Assembly (NCBI GenBank): GCA_964255285.1
Contig: CAXUUL010000029.1
Span: 1 to 58,046 of the forward strand
Direction of reading: 5' to 3'
DNA from: Ionaspis alba
Lineage: Eukaryota
DNA: 58,046 nucleotides
A program made the position numbers and the translations under genes. The notes under the pieces were generated by a model, which was given only the letters and a program-made list of their open reading frames with translations, did not search any database and was not told the origin of the DNA. Position 1 is the first letter of the stretch. Each line of letters opens with the position of its first letter. Shown here piece after piece: positions 25,539 to 39,687 of the stretch.

Positions 25539-26839
25539 ATGCCTCCAGAGGATTATCTGTCCGATGATTTCGTTGCAAGTCTTCTGAGCAAAGACGCAAA
25601 AGATGGCACGATTAAGTACTCGGCCTGCGGCCTGCAGGGGCTGCTTCCAAAGAGGTCAGTCTATCGCCTTGTAGTGCAATAGGCATATCAATATCAAGTG
25701 TTCGCAGGCCGACAACGAACGCACCTCGGCCGAATACGAGATTCCTGAAAAATATCATTCGCGAGACCGATAACCATAATGCCACACTCAAAGCCAGAGA
25801 AGTCGAGGAGTCCCGAGCACGGCTAAGAAAGCTCCGTCATGGGCCGGACTCCATAAATGATACATCCAATCACCGACGTAATGACCATCGCAGACAGGTG
25901 GTTGAGGACGACCGACATCGAAAGCGGAGGCGTCTGGATACTCGGGAGGATGAGGATTTAGAAAGGCGACCAAGACATTCTGAGCGACGAATGTGCTCCT
26001 ACGAGAAAAGAAACGAATCCAGAAGAGTCGGGCGCAAACACTCCTACCGACACCGAAGACGTGAAGTAGACGAACATGAGCCCGAATCGGACCAATCCGA
26101 CAGGTACCGGCGGCGGCACCGTCGCAGCCGAAAATATGCCAGTCGAAGCCGAAGTCGAGATCGGAGTCGGAGCCGGAGTCAATCTCGAATAGACTACCAG
26201 CCAGAGCAGCGAATCAGCAAGGAACGACGTGTGGAGCAGCGACGGTCACGTTCAGAGACCCGCCAACGAGACTATGGCGACCGGAGGGTTCAACGCAAGA
26301 AGCGACGGTCTCAGACATCGCCTTCTCAAAAGAACTCACCTCCTCAACCAAGTCACGAATCCAGCAAAACATGTTCTTTGAGAAAATCCGGCGAATCATC
26401 AAACAGATCGCCCAGCGACGCCGAGTCAGATCCACTGGATACAATCATCGGCCCAGCACCGCCACCCCGACCGCCCAAAGTCCGTCCGCGTGGTCGAGGC
26501 AAGTTCGCCTCACCATCTGCCATCGACTCACATTTCTTTTCGAACTACGACCCGACGGTTGATATACATCCAAACAGTGGCTCGGAAGATGACTGGGATC
26601 AAGCTCTCGAAGCTCTTCGGGACCGTCAGCGGTGGAAACAGCAGGGAGCGGATCGACTACGCTCAGCCGGGTTCACGGAGGAAGAGGTGAGCAAGTGGGA
26701 GACAGGTGGGGAGAAGAGAGAAGAAGACGTCAAATGGCGAGGACCTGGGGAGGGAAGAGAGTGGGATCGAGGAAAGGTGGTTGACGAGTATGGCGGTGTG
26801 GATACTAAGCCTGAATGGGGTCGATTGAAGGGAACCTAA
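25539..26839 (+). CDS. Conserved fungal Arg/Ser-rich nuclear protein (possibly splicing-associated)
   Basis: Exon 25539-25654, intron 25655-25707, exon 25708-26839. N-terminus LSDDFVASLL...PRPNTRFLKNIIRETDNHN, central RS/RD repeats, C-terminus DDWDQALEALRDRQRW...REWDRGK. Confidence 0.78.
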
Positions 26840-27230
26840 GAGGGAGCTCAATCATAAGATGTGAGTCTATGTAGCCTCAAGCTACTATGCAGTCAACGTT
26901 ATCACATAATTCTACAATTTTTCCAAATCGCAATCTCGCCGAGTCCTAGGATGGCCGAATTCGCGTAGTGTTCATGCCCAGAGAAACCCACAGCTCAACC
27001 CCTGTCTCAAGAGGAGTGGCATCATTTAGAGCTTAAACATGACCACAACCATTCTATGTCACGAACGAACCGAACGGTCGTAGAGCAGGTGGAGTCAAAT
27101 TTAGACACGGCTGCCACACGACGGCAGGAGACACGATTTTATTCCTTCGATTGTCACATAAAATACACGACAAAAAGCATTGTCTATTGTGTCTCTACCG
27201 ATTGTCCACCGGACTAGAATGCCCCCCATA

Positions 27231-28722
27231 CTAGAGTGCCCCTTCAAAGCTATTCCGCCGGCCCCAATTCCTAGGCTGTCTCTTCAGAAAAGCGCCGACA
27301 GCACCAAGATACCCTTCGTGTCTTAGAAAGTAGGCTTTCTTATTCCCTCCCGACCAGAACTTGATAGCATAGGACAACGTATTCATGGTCTGGTGATGGC
27401 CGCGAATGAAGGATCCGCCAAAGTAGATGTGCTCGAGATTGTGCTTTTCCGACTGTAGATATGCTATTTGACCGATATTGTTGCTAGCAAATGTGAGCTT
27501 TGACCGCGGAGTTCAAATAGATCGACCGACTTACCTGACAGCGTACAAAAGACTCCGGCTCACATCCTCAGGTCGAAATCCCTGCTCGTGGCTGTTCTGG
27601 CCGTCGAACTGGGCGCGATCGCCATTGACGAGTCCGCCGCCGTCCTCGGCATCGTTTTCTGCTTGGCGCTTCATCTTGAACACTTTGCCGAAACTGCTAG
27701 CGATTGTACTACTTTTGAGTCCGATTTTGCTGTAGTCGGTCCCATAAATGTCGCCGACCAGCATATCGACAGCACCGTTGTCGCCTCTGTCAGCCATACT
27801 CAGCATCTCGTCGAACGTCCGTGCTCCAGTCAGCATCGACAAGAGACCCCATAGCGTACCACCACCTAGAGATGTCCCTCCAATACGTTCATATTTCTTG
27901 GAACCTGACACCTTGACCATGGATACTCCAGACCCAATGTTGACGAGGAGGTAGGGGTATATGTTGGTGCGGGGCTCGGCGAAGTGCATCGGGTCGGTCT
28001 CGCTATAAGTGAAGACCTCACTCGGGATCTCTGCCATGAAGAAATCGAGACCTACCTAAGGTAATTAGTCACCTGTTGGCAGGAGAACTGCAAGATCGGT
28101 ACGCCACTGACCTATGATCAAACACTCCATCTCATCTTCCCTCAATACCTCAACCCCGAGCACTTCTCTCATGCGGTCGTAGTACTTGTACGCTCCCCCT
28201 CCCGTAGCCATGACGCACAGCTCTCCAGGCTTCGATCCATTGAGTTTCTGCTGCTTGGTTTTCAATTGCTCTATGAACTCGAGGCACTGCTCGATCCGAT
28301 CCGTTTCGAACTTGAGAAAATTGAGTCGACCACCGAGCTCCTTGGAGTCGGGTTCACGGGAAAAGTAAACAAGCTTGGCCAACGATCCCCCAATCTGTAG
28401 GATCGTCGGTCAGCCATGTTGGCGATGCGGGATAGAGAACATCTCATACGTCTATCGCGACATGGCTCACAACGGAGGTGTGGTGGGGAAGGCGAATGTC
28501 GCTGGTCTCATGGACCGCACCGTCTTGGTCAGATACATGCGGTGTGACTGTGCCTTCATCGACAATGAACGCCCCTTTAACATTGATGCGTACTGCGCCA
28601 GGCCGGGTAATGGTATCGTGAATTGCGGTATTGGTGAGAGAGTCCTGCCTGACGTGATTGGATGGTACCTTAGACACTGAGGTCACTTCGTCACAATCCA
28701 CTTCTGTCAGTATGGCCGACAT
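27231..28722 (-). CDS. CAB1: Pantothenate kinase (type II, eukaryotic)
   Basis: Motifs AID|IGGSLAKLVYF, ATGGGAYKY, EDEMECLIIG, YPYLLVNIGSGVS, GGTSLGGGTLWGL, VDMLVGDIYG, NNIGQIA, FLRHEGYLGAVGAF. Introns at 28449-28395, 28111-28052, 27534-27484. Confidence 0.95.
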
Positions 28723-29156
28723 GCTCAGTCATGGAGTGTTCAGGCTTGATGGAGAGTAGGACATGCTGCCGCTGAAAAACTGTAAGGGAGAGTTGCGTTC
28801 GACTTGGAGTAAGCAACCGCTCCCTTTAGCCCGGCTGATAGGTGACATATGGTCTCGAGCTTGCGAAGGTCGGACTCCACTGTAAGATTGATCAATCCGA
28901 AAGCCGCCCCATCATCAAATATATTATGTTTTCTCAAAGTGCACGTTTGGTCAACATTAGCTGGCACTTCTTATGCTTGGGCAGCAGTGAATCTTGGTAT
29001 CGCAGGGTTCTAGGATATTTGCTACCGCGTTAATGTACTAGGAATACCCTCTCTCGACAGCGAGAACAATGGAGGGCGTGGCAATTCGTCAAACAAATAT
29101 TTGTTACCCTTATTGGGGTGGGTGCCCCCCAACCAGCCGCCGCCCTCAAGGGGTTA

Positions 29157-29283
29157 GAGAGGTTCAGTAACCAAATTGAAATTGAAACTGAATTCCCAAC
29201 CAGGTAATCCGCCAACGAGATTAAGCAAGCGCTGACACGATTTCGATTTCAGTTTCAATTTCAATTTGGTTGCTGAACCTCTC
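29157..29283. mobile_element. MITE-like element, 36-bp TIRs, flanked by TA
   Basis: 29154-29192 TTAGAGAGGTTCAGTAACCAAATTGAAATTGAAACTGAA is the reverse complement of 29248-29286 with one mismatch. TA at 29155-29156 and 29284-29285. Confidence 0.75.
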
Positions 29284-29492
29284 TAAACGTTAACGTCTAT
29301 GTTTTTACATATATTGGGGGAGGATAAAACTGTTATTGGGGCTTGGTGCCTCTCCCAGATCGCCTCCCGCCAAACTCCGAGACCCATATCCTTTCCGCAG
29401 GCCTCGCTAAACCCTACCTCGCAGGACGCGTTCCAAGGCGCGTAAAGTAAACAAAGCAGACCACCCCAAGACACACAGTAATATCGTCTACT

Positions 29493-30453
29493 ATGGCGTA
29501 CGATCATGAAGAAGTGCTATCGGCGCTGTCTAATCTCCAGAAGCAAGAACTCTCCATAATCCGACTGAGCGAGCCCATCGCTACGCCTTCCACGTCGAAT
29601 GCCCCGAAGCGGGCATCGGACATCTCGTGCGATGCTTTTGAAAATCCCTCGCCGGCCAGTCTAGGGGCAGATTTAACCCATTATAAGGTTGGCAGTCCAC
29701 AAACATGAGGAGAGGTCTATTGCTGAATTTTTCTCTCATAGGAACTGTTCTCTAAACTCCGCTTCTCCTACCTCGAACAAGTGACAAAAGAAAGGTTTCT
29801 CCGTGCTATCGTGGGTGATCCACCTCACATAATCGAGCACCAAGACAATGTCGAGCTGGAAACACAGCTGGTGAAGGTCAAGGCAGATCTTAAGTTGCAG
29901 AAGATAGAGGTTGGCGGCATAGTGGAGGAGCTCGAAGCAAACGCAAAGGAGCTTAGTAGAAGTCAGTGCCATTGACTGTATATTCTGGCTCGTTCTTGCG
30001 GTCTGTGCTGAAAATTTCGGTGAAGGATACGACAACATAACCCTGCAGACCGTACAGCTCTCCAGAATACCAGGTCAAATTTCAAAGGTCCAAGAAAGCC
30101 TAGCGACGATCCTAGCAATACACACGACTCGGTCTCCTAATGCATCAATGTCTCTCCCTCTACCTGCCACACATGAGCTACTCTCTGTTCGCCAAGCAGA
30201 GCTGAATGAGCTAAATCAGCAGCTAAAGACCTTACAACAGACTCTTCCCAGGAAGACCAGGGAGCGAGAACGAATGGAGAGCGAGCTAAAGCCATTGCAA
30301 GCACAGAAGTCTGGCGCAGTTTCTGCGGCGAAGGAAGCGCAGAGACGCAAGGAAGACGGCGAGAAAGGTATCGGAGATGATTTAGAACTCAAAGGTCGAT
30401 GGTATACTAGCGTTGAGACTGGGTTGAAAGAAATGCTTGGAGTCGAAGGCTAA
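29493..30453 (+). CDS. Kinetochore protein, Sos7/Kre28 family
   Basis: ADLTHYK|ELFSKLRFSYLEQVTKERFLRAIVGDPP followed by coiled coil, LPLPAT and GRWY. Introns at 29688-29741 and 29962-30025. Confidence 0.85.
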
Positions 30454-32732
30454 GCTGCTCACAACTGTACTGGAAATGATGGAGTATGGGAGTCATAATC
30501 GTTTTATCATGAACCCGTTGAGCTTGTGCCACCTATTCCAGCTAGATTGCCATGCAAAGAGCTCGAGCAGTCTTGCAACTAACGACAAGCTAGCAAGTTG
30601 CTCTGTAAGTATTATTAGGTCGTATTGCTCGAGCTATTGTCCCAGGACCATTTGATGTCTTCTTTCGAGTCGAACTTAGGAGACTATACGGCATCTTCGC
30701 GTATCACGCGCGTGGCTAGTTCTTGGTTTGTTTTTTTCGGAAGCTATTGTACACCAAGTAAGGTAGGTATGTAGCATATTCGTACGTCATTGGACACCTC
30801 AGTTTCGGCTTGGCAACTTCCTCCATATACCTAGAAGCTACATACTCTTACCATCTGCACCACCCCATCAGATCGACCATGTAATTCCACATCCTGAAGA
30901 CTGGTGGGCCCACGTTCTGGATAGAGATCGTGAAGCTGAAGTGTTGCAACTCATTAGACCCAATGGACAACGTGGTGCAATGAAGCTATTCAAGCACCTT
31001 GGACCTTTCTTAGAATCCTTCTAGTATCGCGTCGTTGCCAGACCTCTTTACGGTGGTGGGCTGACCACAAACTTTGCTCTGACAGGGTGAAACCTGTTTG
31101 TCAATCATTCAATCCCTAAGACACCAGAGGCTCTTTTTCGCCATCCTCAACTATCCTAAGCAGCCACATGCTTGTTTGTTTTGTAATCTGATCCCTCTAC
31201 TTGTTCACTAGGCAGTAATGCTATGCTACTTGAGCGCTTGGAACACTTAGTTCACGGGACGAAGCAAATTGGATTTAATCGAATCAGCTCCAGCCTTCAG
31301 CACTTGGCGATTGATGGAGTTGGTTTATCTTCGAACCCCTTGAACAAAACCTTTGCCCATAAGACTATAAGTCGAAGCAAGGTCAAACCTAAGTACGAAC
31401 GCGACTTTCGTTTCCTTTGAATCCTCCGAAGCAGGTGCTCGTGCCTTTAACCCGTTTCGCACAGGCAAACATTACAAGAAAGAAGAAGCGAAGTAGCATT
31501 TGTTTGCCAGAGGCAACATACATGTCTTACCAGGCTCTCGATTTGCAATCCTTCAAATCACTTTTCTCGGTTGTGTCATCACAGGAGCTCAGAGTGATGG
31601 ATTTCTCCAGATTGACGGTCCTGCCAGATATGCGGGAACAGTGAATAAGACGATGTTCCTACATCCAGTGAATGCTCGCCTACCACGTTCACTGCCGTCA
31701 ACACATATCGCAAGCGTGTTACGCTGTGGTCACTCTTCTCCAACATTCCTTCATGCACTTTCCGACTATGATGATACCTAAACAAAATTTTCCACGACAT
31801 GTCGCCAGCACTGAGAACCGAAAGGTCAGCTTGAAGTAGCGGCACTTCGACTTTAAGGTGTCCAGCTCAGCAACATCAATGGTAAGCACTGCAGGTCCTC
31901 CTTTCTTTATGCATTCGGCAGTTATTGGTCTGACCGCGAAGCTCGATCGAAAGGTTCTAGCATCCAGGCGGAGTTGGTCTACATCTCCTCCTAGTGGCTG
32001 CAGGGTCAATCATCTACCGACCAAGAAACATCGTGGGAATGGCCACTGCTAGAGATGAGTCGTATCCCAGCGAGGTGCTTCCGTGCGTCCGGTTGCCCAA
32101 GATTGACTCCAGAAAACCTCGGCAAGGGCGAGTGCTCACCGAGGCTCCGATTCCTTCATTTGCTGAGACAGCAAAATCGCTCCTTCCTTGTTCTCGGACT
32201 ATATCAACAACACCTGCGAAGTATCGTGCCTTGGTCAACATACCTAAACTATCAGGACGCATGTCAACAGCGCACAGCAGTGATTCAGATGACAATGTCA
32301 TTCGTCACCCGTTAGGTCGTTGCAATAAGGTACGAATCCAGATGCCCAGATGACATGGTCTGAAAGCGCAGTCACTAAGAGACAATCTTATTTAGGAACG
32401 TGTCTCGTCAACTCGAATACATGCGAGTGCTGGGAGAACGCCACCTTCAAAGAAACAGTTCGTCTCAAACCTAGTTTGTTTGACGAAGGACTGACAAATG
32501 AGTGAACAGTGTTGATGAGAGTTCAACGTCATCTTCAAACCCAGTCGCTGTGAGCCGTCTTGGCTCTCTAAGGACAGTCTCACCTCTGTCCAGTAAGAAA
32601 TCGACAAGGCTACAAAAGTCGCGTACAGTCAATACCCAGCCACGTATCAGGGCCGGAGTTACTTCAAACACTGTACATGGCCAATCATCTTTGACTGGAA
32701 GAAGGAACTTCATTTCCATATGTCCTCCGCCT

Positions 32733-35700
32733 ATGGCTTCAAGAGCTCTGCCAACTCATGGGAGAGGACCGATCTACGCAAGAAACGAGGACTGGCGGAA
32801 TTGGACTGAAATTGGTGTGAGATTCTTTGGTTTCTCTGCCGATGTAACCACGAAAGACGTGTGGAAGATATTCAGTAAGGAGGGTGGAGTGAGCACAATT
32901 GAGCTATATCACAGCGAAGGGAAGTTGAGTGGCAACGGCAGAGTATGGTTCAGGTAAATCGCTCATCAGTGCCTGAAGTAGACCCCAAAAAGAATGAGCC
33001 TCTGACAATATTGCATAGACCTCCGCCAAAGAATGCATTCTGGCAAGCACCGTCATATCAGATTAAGAGTGAAGACCAGACTTCACCACTCAATCTTGAG
33101 GTGAGGCTTGAACCGCCTCGAAGATCGTTCCATTGCCAAAGCCCAGTCAACCCGAAAGTCAGCTACCCCGAGGTTATGGTAAGACAGTAGCATAGTCGTG
33201 TTTCCACGAACGCGAGCTAAAGATCTTCCTAGACGCTACATGCAGATTGCCTCGACTTTGGTCTCATGTATGACCCAACCACCATGATGGGCATGTACCG
33301 AACTCGACCTACGAAATCTACTGGCATCCGGTTTCAGCAAGACATGACCCATCGAGAGATTGAAGTCAGCTTTCCCATTGTGGTTCCCGATCCTAAGCCT
33401 GGAAACCCCAGTCGAATGGAGGATTATTGCTTCGTAATTCCCCTTGCCCAGCCCGTGGCAATGCATCAAATCGAAACTGGCCGACGCTGTGTTTTACTGG
33501 TTTCGCTGGAAGGTCCTCCAAATTTCTACCGGAAGTACGATGAGGGAAAAACACACCAGGAAGAGGCTACCTCTTGGAACCGTAGAGAGGCTCTATTTCG
33601 CCAGACGGACATTATGTTCGATCCCCGAATTCTCCGCACTGCTCCAGTGACATTGAAGAAGTCCAAGCCGATCATTGATATAGGTGAGGTTGCGACAACC
33701 GAGAACGAACGTTCAAAATCTGACAAGAACTATCTAGGACGGTGGACAACATACCATTTAGTCTTTGATATGACTAGAAACAATGCGAAGACTTACTCGA
33801 CCATTTGCGATGCACTTCGTGATTACAATATCGAGATACTCCCTCTGGAAGGTTTTAAGCTCATTACCGACCGCGAGCCTGCTGTCTGGGACTACATTGA
33901 TCGACCAGTTCCTCGTCGGAAGAAGAAAGCGAGCACAGCGTTGGATGACTTACAGGCTGACGACGCTCCGAGGCTCCCCTTCCCAGTGCGCTACCAGCTA
34001 GAAGTTTGCATCTCAGAAGGTTATCTGAACGAGCACAACATGACCAAGGAGTTTGTCGACAAGTTGATAGAGATGGAGCCTCTCAAGGCGCAGGATCTCC
34101 TGGAATATGTTGCAAACCAGAAGACTCGGATCTACAACCCAACGGACATCTTCAATTTCAAGATTGTCAAGGGCTCAGCCTCGAGACTTATGATACCTCA
34201 TTATTGCACCTATGTCCGGTCTGCAACCATAACACCTAGTACGATCTACTACAGTACCCCGACCGTGGAGACCTCGAACCGAGTCGTTCGACAGTACGCC
34301 GAATACGCCGACCGTTTTCTCAGAGTACGTTTTGCGGATGAGAAATTCCAGGTAAGATTATTTTTCGGATGCCATCATTGATTAGCGCTGATCCAATAAG
34401 GGGAGGCTCAATGCAACTCAGGGAGAATCGATGAATGAGATATATACGCGAGTTCACCGTGCTCTCATCAATGGGATCACAATAGGTGACCGACACTTCG
34501 AATTCCTCGCCTCTGGAAACTCTCAATTTCGAGAGCATGGTGCATACTTCTTTGCCCCTGTAGAGCACGTCAGAGTGACGGATATCAGAACCTGGATGGG
34601 TGATTTCCACGATATACAGGTCGTGGCACTCTACATTGCAAGACTCGGACAGTGCTTCTCGACGACTAGGGCCATTCATGGAGCGAGAGCCAGAATTGTT
34701 GAAGATCTTCAAGACAACGTTCTCACAGTGAGCCCAAAGCAGAGCTACAACTTCACGGATGGCGTTGGTAAGATATCCAAATTCCTAGCTCAGGTCGCAG
34801 CCTCCGAAGTTGGTCTGACAATGCTTAACGGGGAACCACCTTCTGTGTTTCAATTTCGTCTCGGTGGATGCAAAGGCGTTCTGACTGTATGGCCTGACGC
34901 AAGAATGAGAGATATCCACGTACGACCAAGCCAGTACAAATTTCCTTCGAAGTTCGAAGGCCTTGAGATTATCCGCTGGTCGCAATTCTCAATAGCGAAT
35001 CTCAACCGTCAGCTCATAATGATACTGTCTGCATTGCAGGTTCCCGACAGTGTATTCGTTGACATGCTAAAATTGCAGCTTTCGAATCTCGCACAAGCTA
35101 TGGGGGATGAGACGATGGCTCTCGGCCTGCTGCAGAAAGAAATTGATCCCAATCAGATGACACTCACCCTCGCTGGTATGATATTGGATGGATTTCAGAG
35201 GATGCGTGAACCATTCATGATCTCGTTGTTGCAGCTGTGGCGAGCATGGTCAATTAAGTATCTCAAAGAAAAGGCCAAGATTGCTGTGCACAAAGGCGCC
35301 ATTTTACTTGGATGCGTTGACGAGACTTTGACTCTTCAAGGTCATTTCGACAAGCTTCAAAAACTCAGGTCGCACGAATCGGAAGAGATGAGGTTGAAGT
35401 CCCTTCCAGAAATCTTTGTCCAGCTTTCCAAGGGTGCGAACGACAAGCCCGAGGTAATTACGGGTCCGATGGCTCTAGCCCGGAATCCATCATTGCATCC
35501 AGGTGACGTGCGAGTCGTTCGTGGTGTAGATGTGGCAGTACTACGGCATCTGAAAGATGTTGTAGTTCTGCCACAGACTGGAGACAGGGATATATCGAGT
35601 ATGTGTTCAGGAGGTGATCTCGACGGCGACGACTATGTCGTAATCTGGGACCGAGCGTTACTGCCACGTGAGTGGAACAACGATCCCATGGATTATAATG

Positions 35701-37469
35701 TGGAGAAGCCGCCGAAGCTAGGTCGTCCAATCACCACTCCCGATATTACGTCGTTCTTCGTTACCTATATGAAGAACAATTCCTTGCCAAGCATCGCTAC
35801 AGCTCATTTAGCCACTGCTGACTGGGAAAAGGAGGGTGCGAAGAGCCAGAAATGTCTTGAGCTGGCTACATTGCATTCGAAGGCCGTGGACTATGTCAAA
35901 ACTGGCGAAGCTGCGACGATTCCGCGGCAACTTCGACCACAAAAATGGCCTCACTACATGGAAAAGGACCACTTACGCGCCGAAAAGCGATATATTTCGA
36001 GAACGGTGCTGGGCCAACTGTACGACCAGGTTGAGAGGGTCGACTTTGTACCTGAATACGATGCTCCGTTCGACAAACGTATTCTGGACGCATATGAGTT
36101 GAGCGACAAATTGCTGGCTGATGCTGAGGAAGTAAAAGAGTTATATGACGCTTCGATGCACCGCATCATGGCTCAGCACGCAATCCATACTGAGTTCGAA
36201 GTGTGGTCTACGTTCGTTCTAAGCCACGCGAATCAGAGCAACGATTACAAATTCCACGAGGAAATGGGAAATATTGCCACTGTCTTGAAAGATCGATTCC
36301 GACTTCTTTGCTACGAAAAAGCTGGTGGAAGAGACTTCGAAAAGCTGGGACCGTTTGCCGCAGCCATGTACAAGGTCACAAGGAATCAAATGGCAAGGGC
36401 CTTGAAGGAGTGCCAGCGGGTCAGATTTGTGGGTGGCAGGGAAGAGAAGGTCGGGAGGAAGAGTGCCCAGACCATGCCGTTGATGAGTTTTCCATGGCTC
36501 TTCCAGGGCGTTCTGGGCAAGATCGCGAACGGTGAATTATCGGGACCTACGGCTACTAATTTAGATCATACTGTTACAATGCAAGGACATCAGAAGAAGA
36601 CTCCTTTCAAGAAGAAGCATATTGGACTGAGCGTCGAGGAAGAAGATGTCGTACAGACATCGGAAGGTATCACTCATCGTGGTGAGCTTTTGGAGCTCTT
36701 CCACGACAGCGGAGAGAAACTGGACCAGAAGAGAGACCCTAGCAGAACGTCAGACATGCCTGACTCGATCGCATATGAGAGACACAATCTTAAATATGAG
36801 GACCCGAGCAACCTCGATCAGGCGAAACCCTTCTCACGCGTCACCAATCCTGCGACGAGTCGAGCAACTTTGATGGCAAGGGGAGCTCCAATCGACGGCC
36901 ATATCATTGGTCCACAATCTGCTCTTACTCAGCACGGCGCCGAGGCTGGTCCGAAAAAGACACCCCAGTCCACAGCCGATCAAAAGGTAGACTCTGGGGG
37001 ACGAAAAACTGGTAATCTCATCGATTTCGACCTAGACACCGTCGTAGAGGATCTGAGCCATCTCACTTGTTCTACCGAGCTCCGACACACGCAAAAAGAC
37101 ACTTTATTCAATGATCTTCTGGGGCTGGAAACGGTAAACACGGTCAATGCTGATGGACGTGAACTGATGCATAGTCTCAGCTCCGGCGTCATCATCGAGA
37201 ATCCAATCGACGCTCCTGCTGAGATGGAAGTGATTGTGGCCGGAGGCGTGGAGGCCTTGACCAACAGCCAATCGGAGGGTATTCCCAAACCACGAAAAGA
37301 GTCTAGCATCCACCAAGAGAAATCCTCTGATCAAGGCTTAGAGGACTTTGTTGATGCAGATGACAAGGTTGTTGACATGAGCGAGGGCGAAGAGGACGAC
37401 ACGGAAATGGTCGACCTGAAAATAAGGCCATCGTTGCTAGAGAGGCTTGAGAACCTCGTTTTTGCCTGA
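32733..37469 (+). CDS. Eukaryotic RNA-dependent RNA polymerase (RNAi/meiotic silencing; SAD-1-like architecture)
   Basis: Catalytic CSGGDLDGDDY plus FTDGVGKIS, FQFRLGGCKGVL, ARNPSLHPGD, HSKAVDYVKTG, and an RRM-like N-terminus. Introns at 32954-33019, 33179-33232, 33684-33737, 34352-34400. The start codon is uncertain and may lie further upstream. Confidence 0.93.
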
Positions 37470-37747
37470 GATTGCGTTTGCGGATAGTCAGTTCACGAGA
37501 TGGTGCTTTCACCCGATTTGGCTGTTTTGTAGTCTGTCTGTGACCAGCTAGGTAGGATGGCGTGAGGATAGCATCAGCATAGCTCCAGATCAACTCGGAT
37601 ACAGATTCTTTCAAAGCTTTATACTGTACGAGCACTCCTCGTGATGTTTTATCACAACCGACCCTTTAGTTGATCATTCACCGGCACTGCCTAGCCCGTT
37701 TTGAAACTTGAGACATTACTTACCGTAACTCGTTGCCTAAAAACGAC

Positions 37748-38760
37748 ATGTCTTCCTCGGGACGGCTTCCCAAGCTCCTTCTCTCATATCTTGCTCTCCC
37801 ACCACCCACTTCACTTATCCTCCTCACTTCGGTCTTGGGGGCGAGTGTCAATTGGCTCGTTCTACGAGTCTTGAGCTCGGTCATGGCACCACAGTTATCT
37901 AAAGATGCTCTATCGCCACATGACGGAGAAGAGGCAGTCTTTTCAAGAGATGCCGATCACCCTGGTGAGACGAAGGTAGTTCTCGTGAGCTTCCTAAGGG
38001 ACTGGGAATTTTGGAACGGAGAGGGCCGGCGGGCTGTAGGTGCAGGACATTTTGCAACGAGGACAGGGGCTGATCAGCTGCTAGGGTATTGATATCGCCC
38101 GGCTGGGACGACAAGGTCGCCTGGTCTACCTAGATGGACTACGGGGACTGTACCGGAGTAGTACTATGAATAGTAGTGGGAGCGAGATAGAGGCCTCGGG
38201 AGCGAAATCGGACGGCAACCATGCAATTCTCCGAGATGCTAGACTTGAGGTTACAGAAACAGAAATTCTCAAGGCAATCAGAAGTCTGCGGAGCGGTAAG
38301 GACAGAGGAAGAGTGCTATTGGTGGTGGACGGGCTAGACTTCCTGCTTGCTGCTACAAATGCGAGTGCTGCAGCTATCGACGACATGATCGGGGAATTGA
38401 GGGAGGTAGGCAGGCATAAGTCCTCCCTCTGTACTGGATGTGTTGTATACACAACTGATCATAACGGAATAGCACGTCTACGCAACTATCGTTACGGCCT
38501 CCGCAGATTCCCCATTCATCCAATCTCCTACCACGCCGCTAGAAACTGCCCACGCCGCCTTTATCATTTCAATGGCGCACCAGGCGAGGCTGGTGATGGC
38601 GCTGAGAATGCTGGACACTGGCACGGCGAGAGACGTCAGTGGAGTGTTAAGAATATCTCCAGGTACTTCGTGGGAGGATAAGGAGCATTTTGAGGAGAAG
38701 GAACTTCTATATTTGGTGGGTGCAGATGGTGGGGTCAGTGTCTTCGAGAGAGGTGCTTGA
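37748..38760 (+). CDS. ELP6: Elongator complex subunit 6-like
   Basis: LILLTSVLGASVNWLVLR, VVLVSFLRDWEFW, LVVDGLDFLLA, AHQA...LRMLDTGTARDVSGVLRI, ELLYLVG.DG.VSVFERG. Introns at about 38036-38084 and 38406-38471. Confidence 0.88.
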
Positions 38761-39195
38761 GATATTGAGACTCTACGTGATGATGAGAGCAGCAGTGATT
38801 AACAGTCCTGATCCATTTTAATCTGTAGATTATCAATCACCTGGAGACTTAAGGCATCACCACCTCTAGCTAGACGAATAATCGTAGATGAACTAGGAAG
38901 ATAGTACAAGCAATCCTCTCTCTTTCACAAGGTCATTGATCAACAAGGTTAAGATGTTGTTGTTGATTGATGATCATGGCCATTCCCATTGCGCGAGCTC
39001 TGTTGCCCTAGCAGGGGAGCGTCCACGCTAGCTCCACAAAATTAAGCGAATGTCGAAATAGAGACCGCTGACAGACAATATCGGCATCAGCTTCATCGTA
39101 ACGAACTATCTCAACGCGACACGGTAAGCAATCTTCAAACTCTTCATCGATACGCACTACTGATATTATCTTGCGATTAGACGCCCTAATTCACG

Positions 39196-39687
39196 ATGAG
39201 TAGGCTCTCCTACCCTTCGTCGATGACTTCACGACCATCCCATTTACCTTGTACTGACCTCTGGAACAGCGAAGGGTACCTCGTCTTTTGGCAAGCGCCA
39301 CAATAAGACGCACACTTTGTGCCGAAGATGCGGTCAGTCTTCTTTTGCGACGACAGATTCGGTCACGAAATTCGAGCAGCAAAGTATGGAGTCAGCTAAC
39401 AGAGGCGATTAGGTCGCCGTTCCCTTCACATCCAAAAGCACACTTGCTCCTCGTGTGGCTATCCCGCTGCTAAGATCCGGCAATGTATGATTCCGCACTA
39501 TTTCTCTAGTCCTCCAGAGGAGTCTACAGGTCTAATTGATAGTTCCAGACAACTGGGGGGAGAAGGCGAAGCGGAGAAAGACCACTGGCACTGGCAGAAT
39601 GCGCAGCATGAAACTTCTACCGAGAAAGTTCAAGAACGGGTTTCAGATTGGGACACCGAAGGGGGCAAGGGGGCCACCAACTGCTAG
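39196..39687 (+). CDS. RPL37: 60S ribosomal protein L37 (eL37), missed by the ORF track because of micro-exons
   Basis: Exons 39196-39199, 39270-39332, 39413-39484 and 39549-39687 give [64 protein letters not shown]... A probable 5'UTR intron lies at 39124-39180. Confidence 0.96.
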
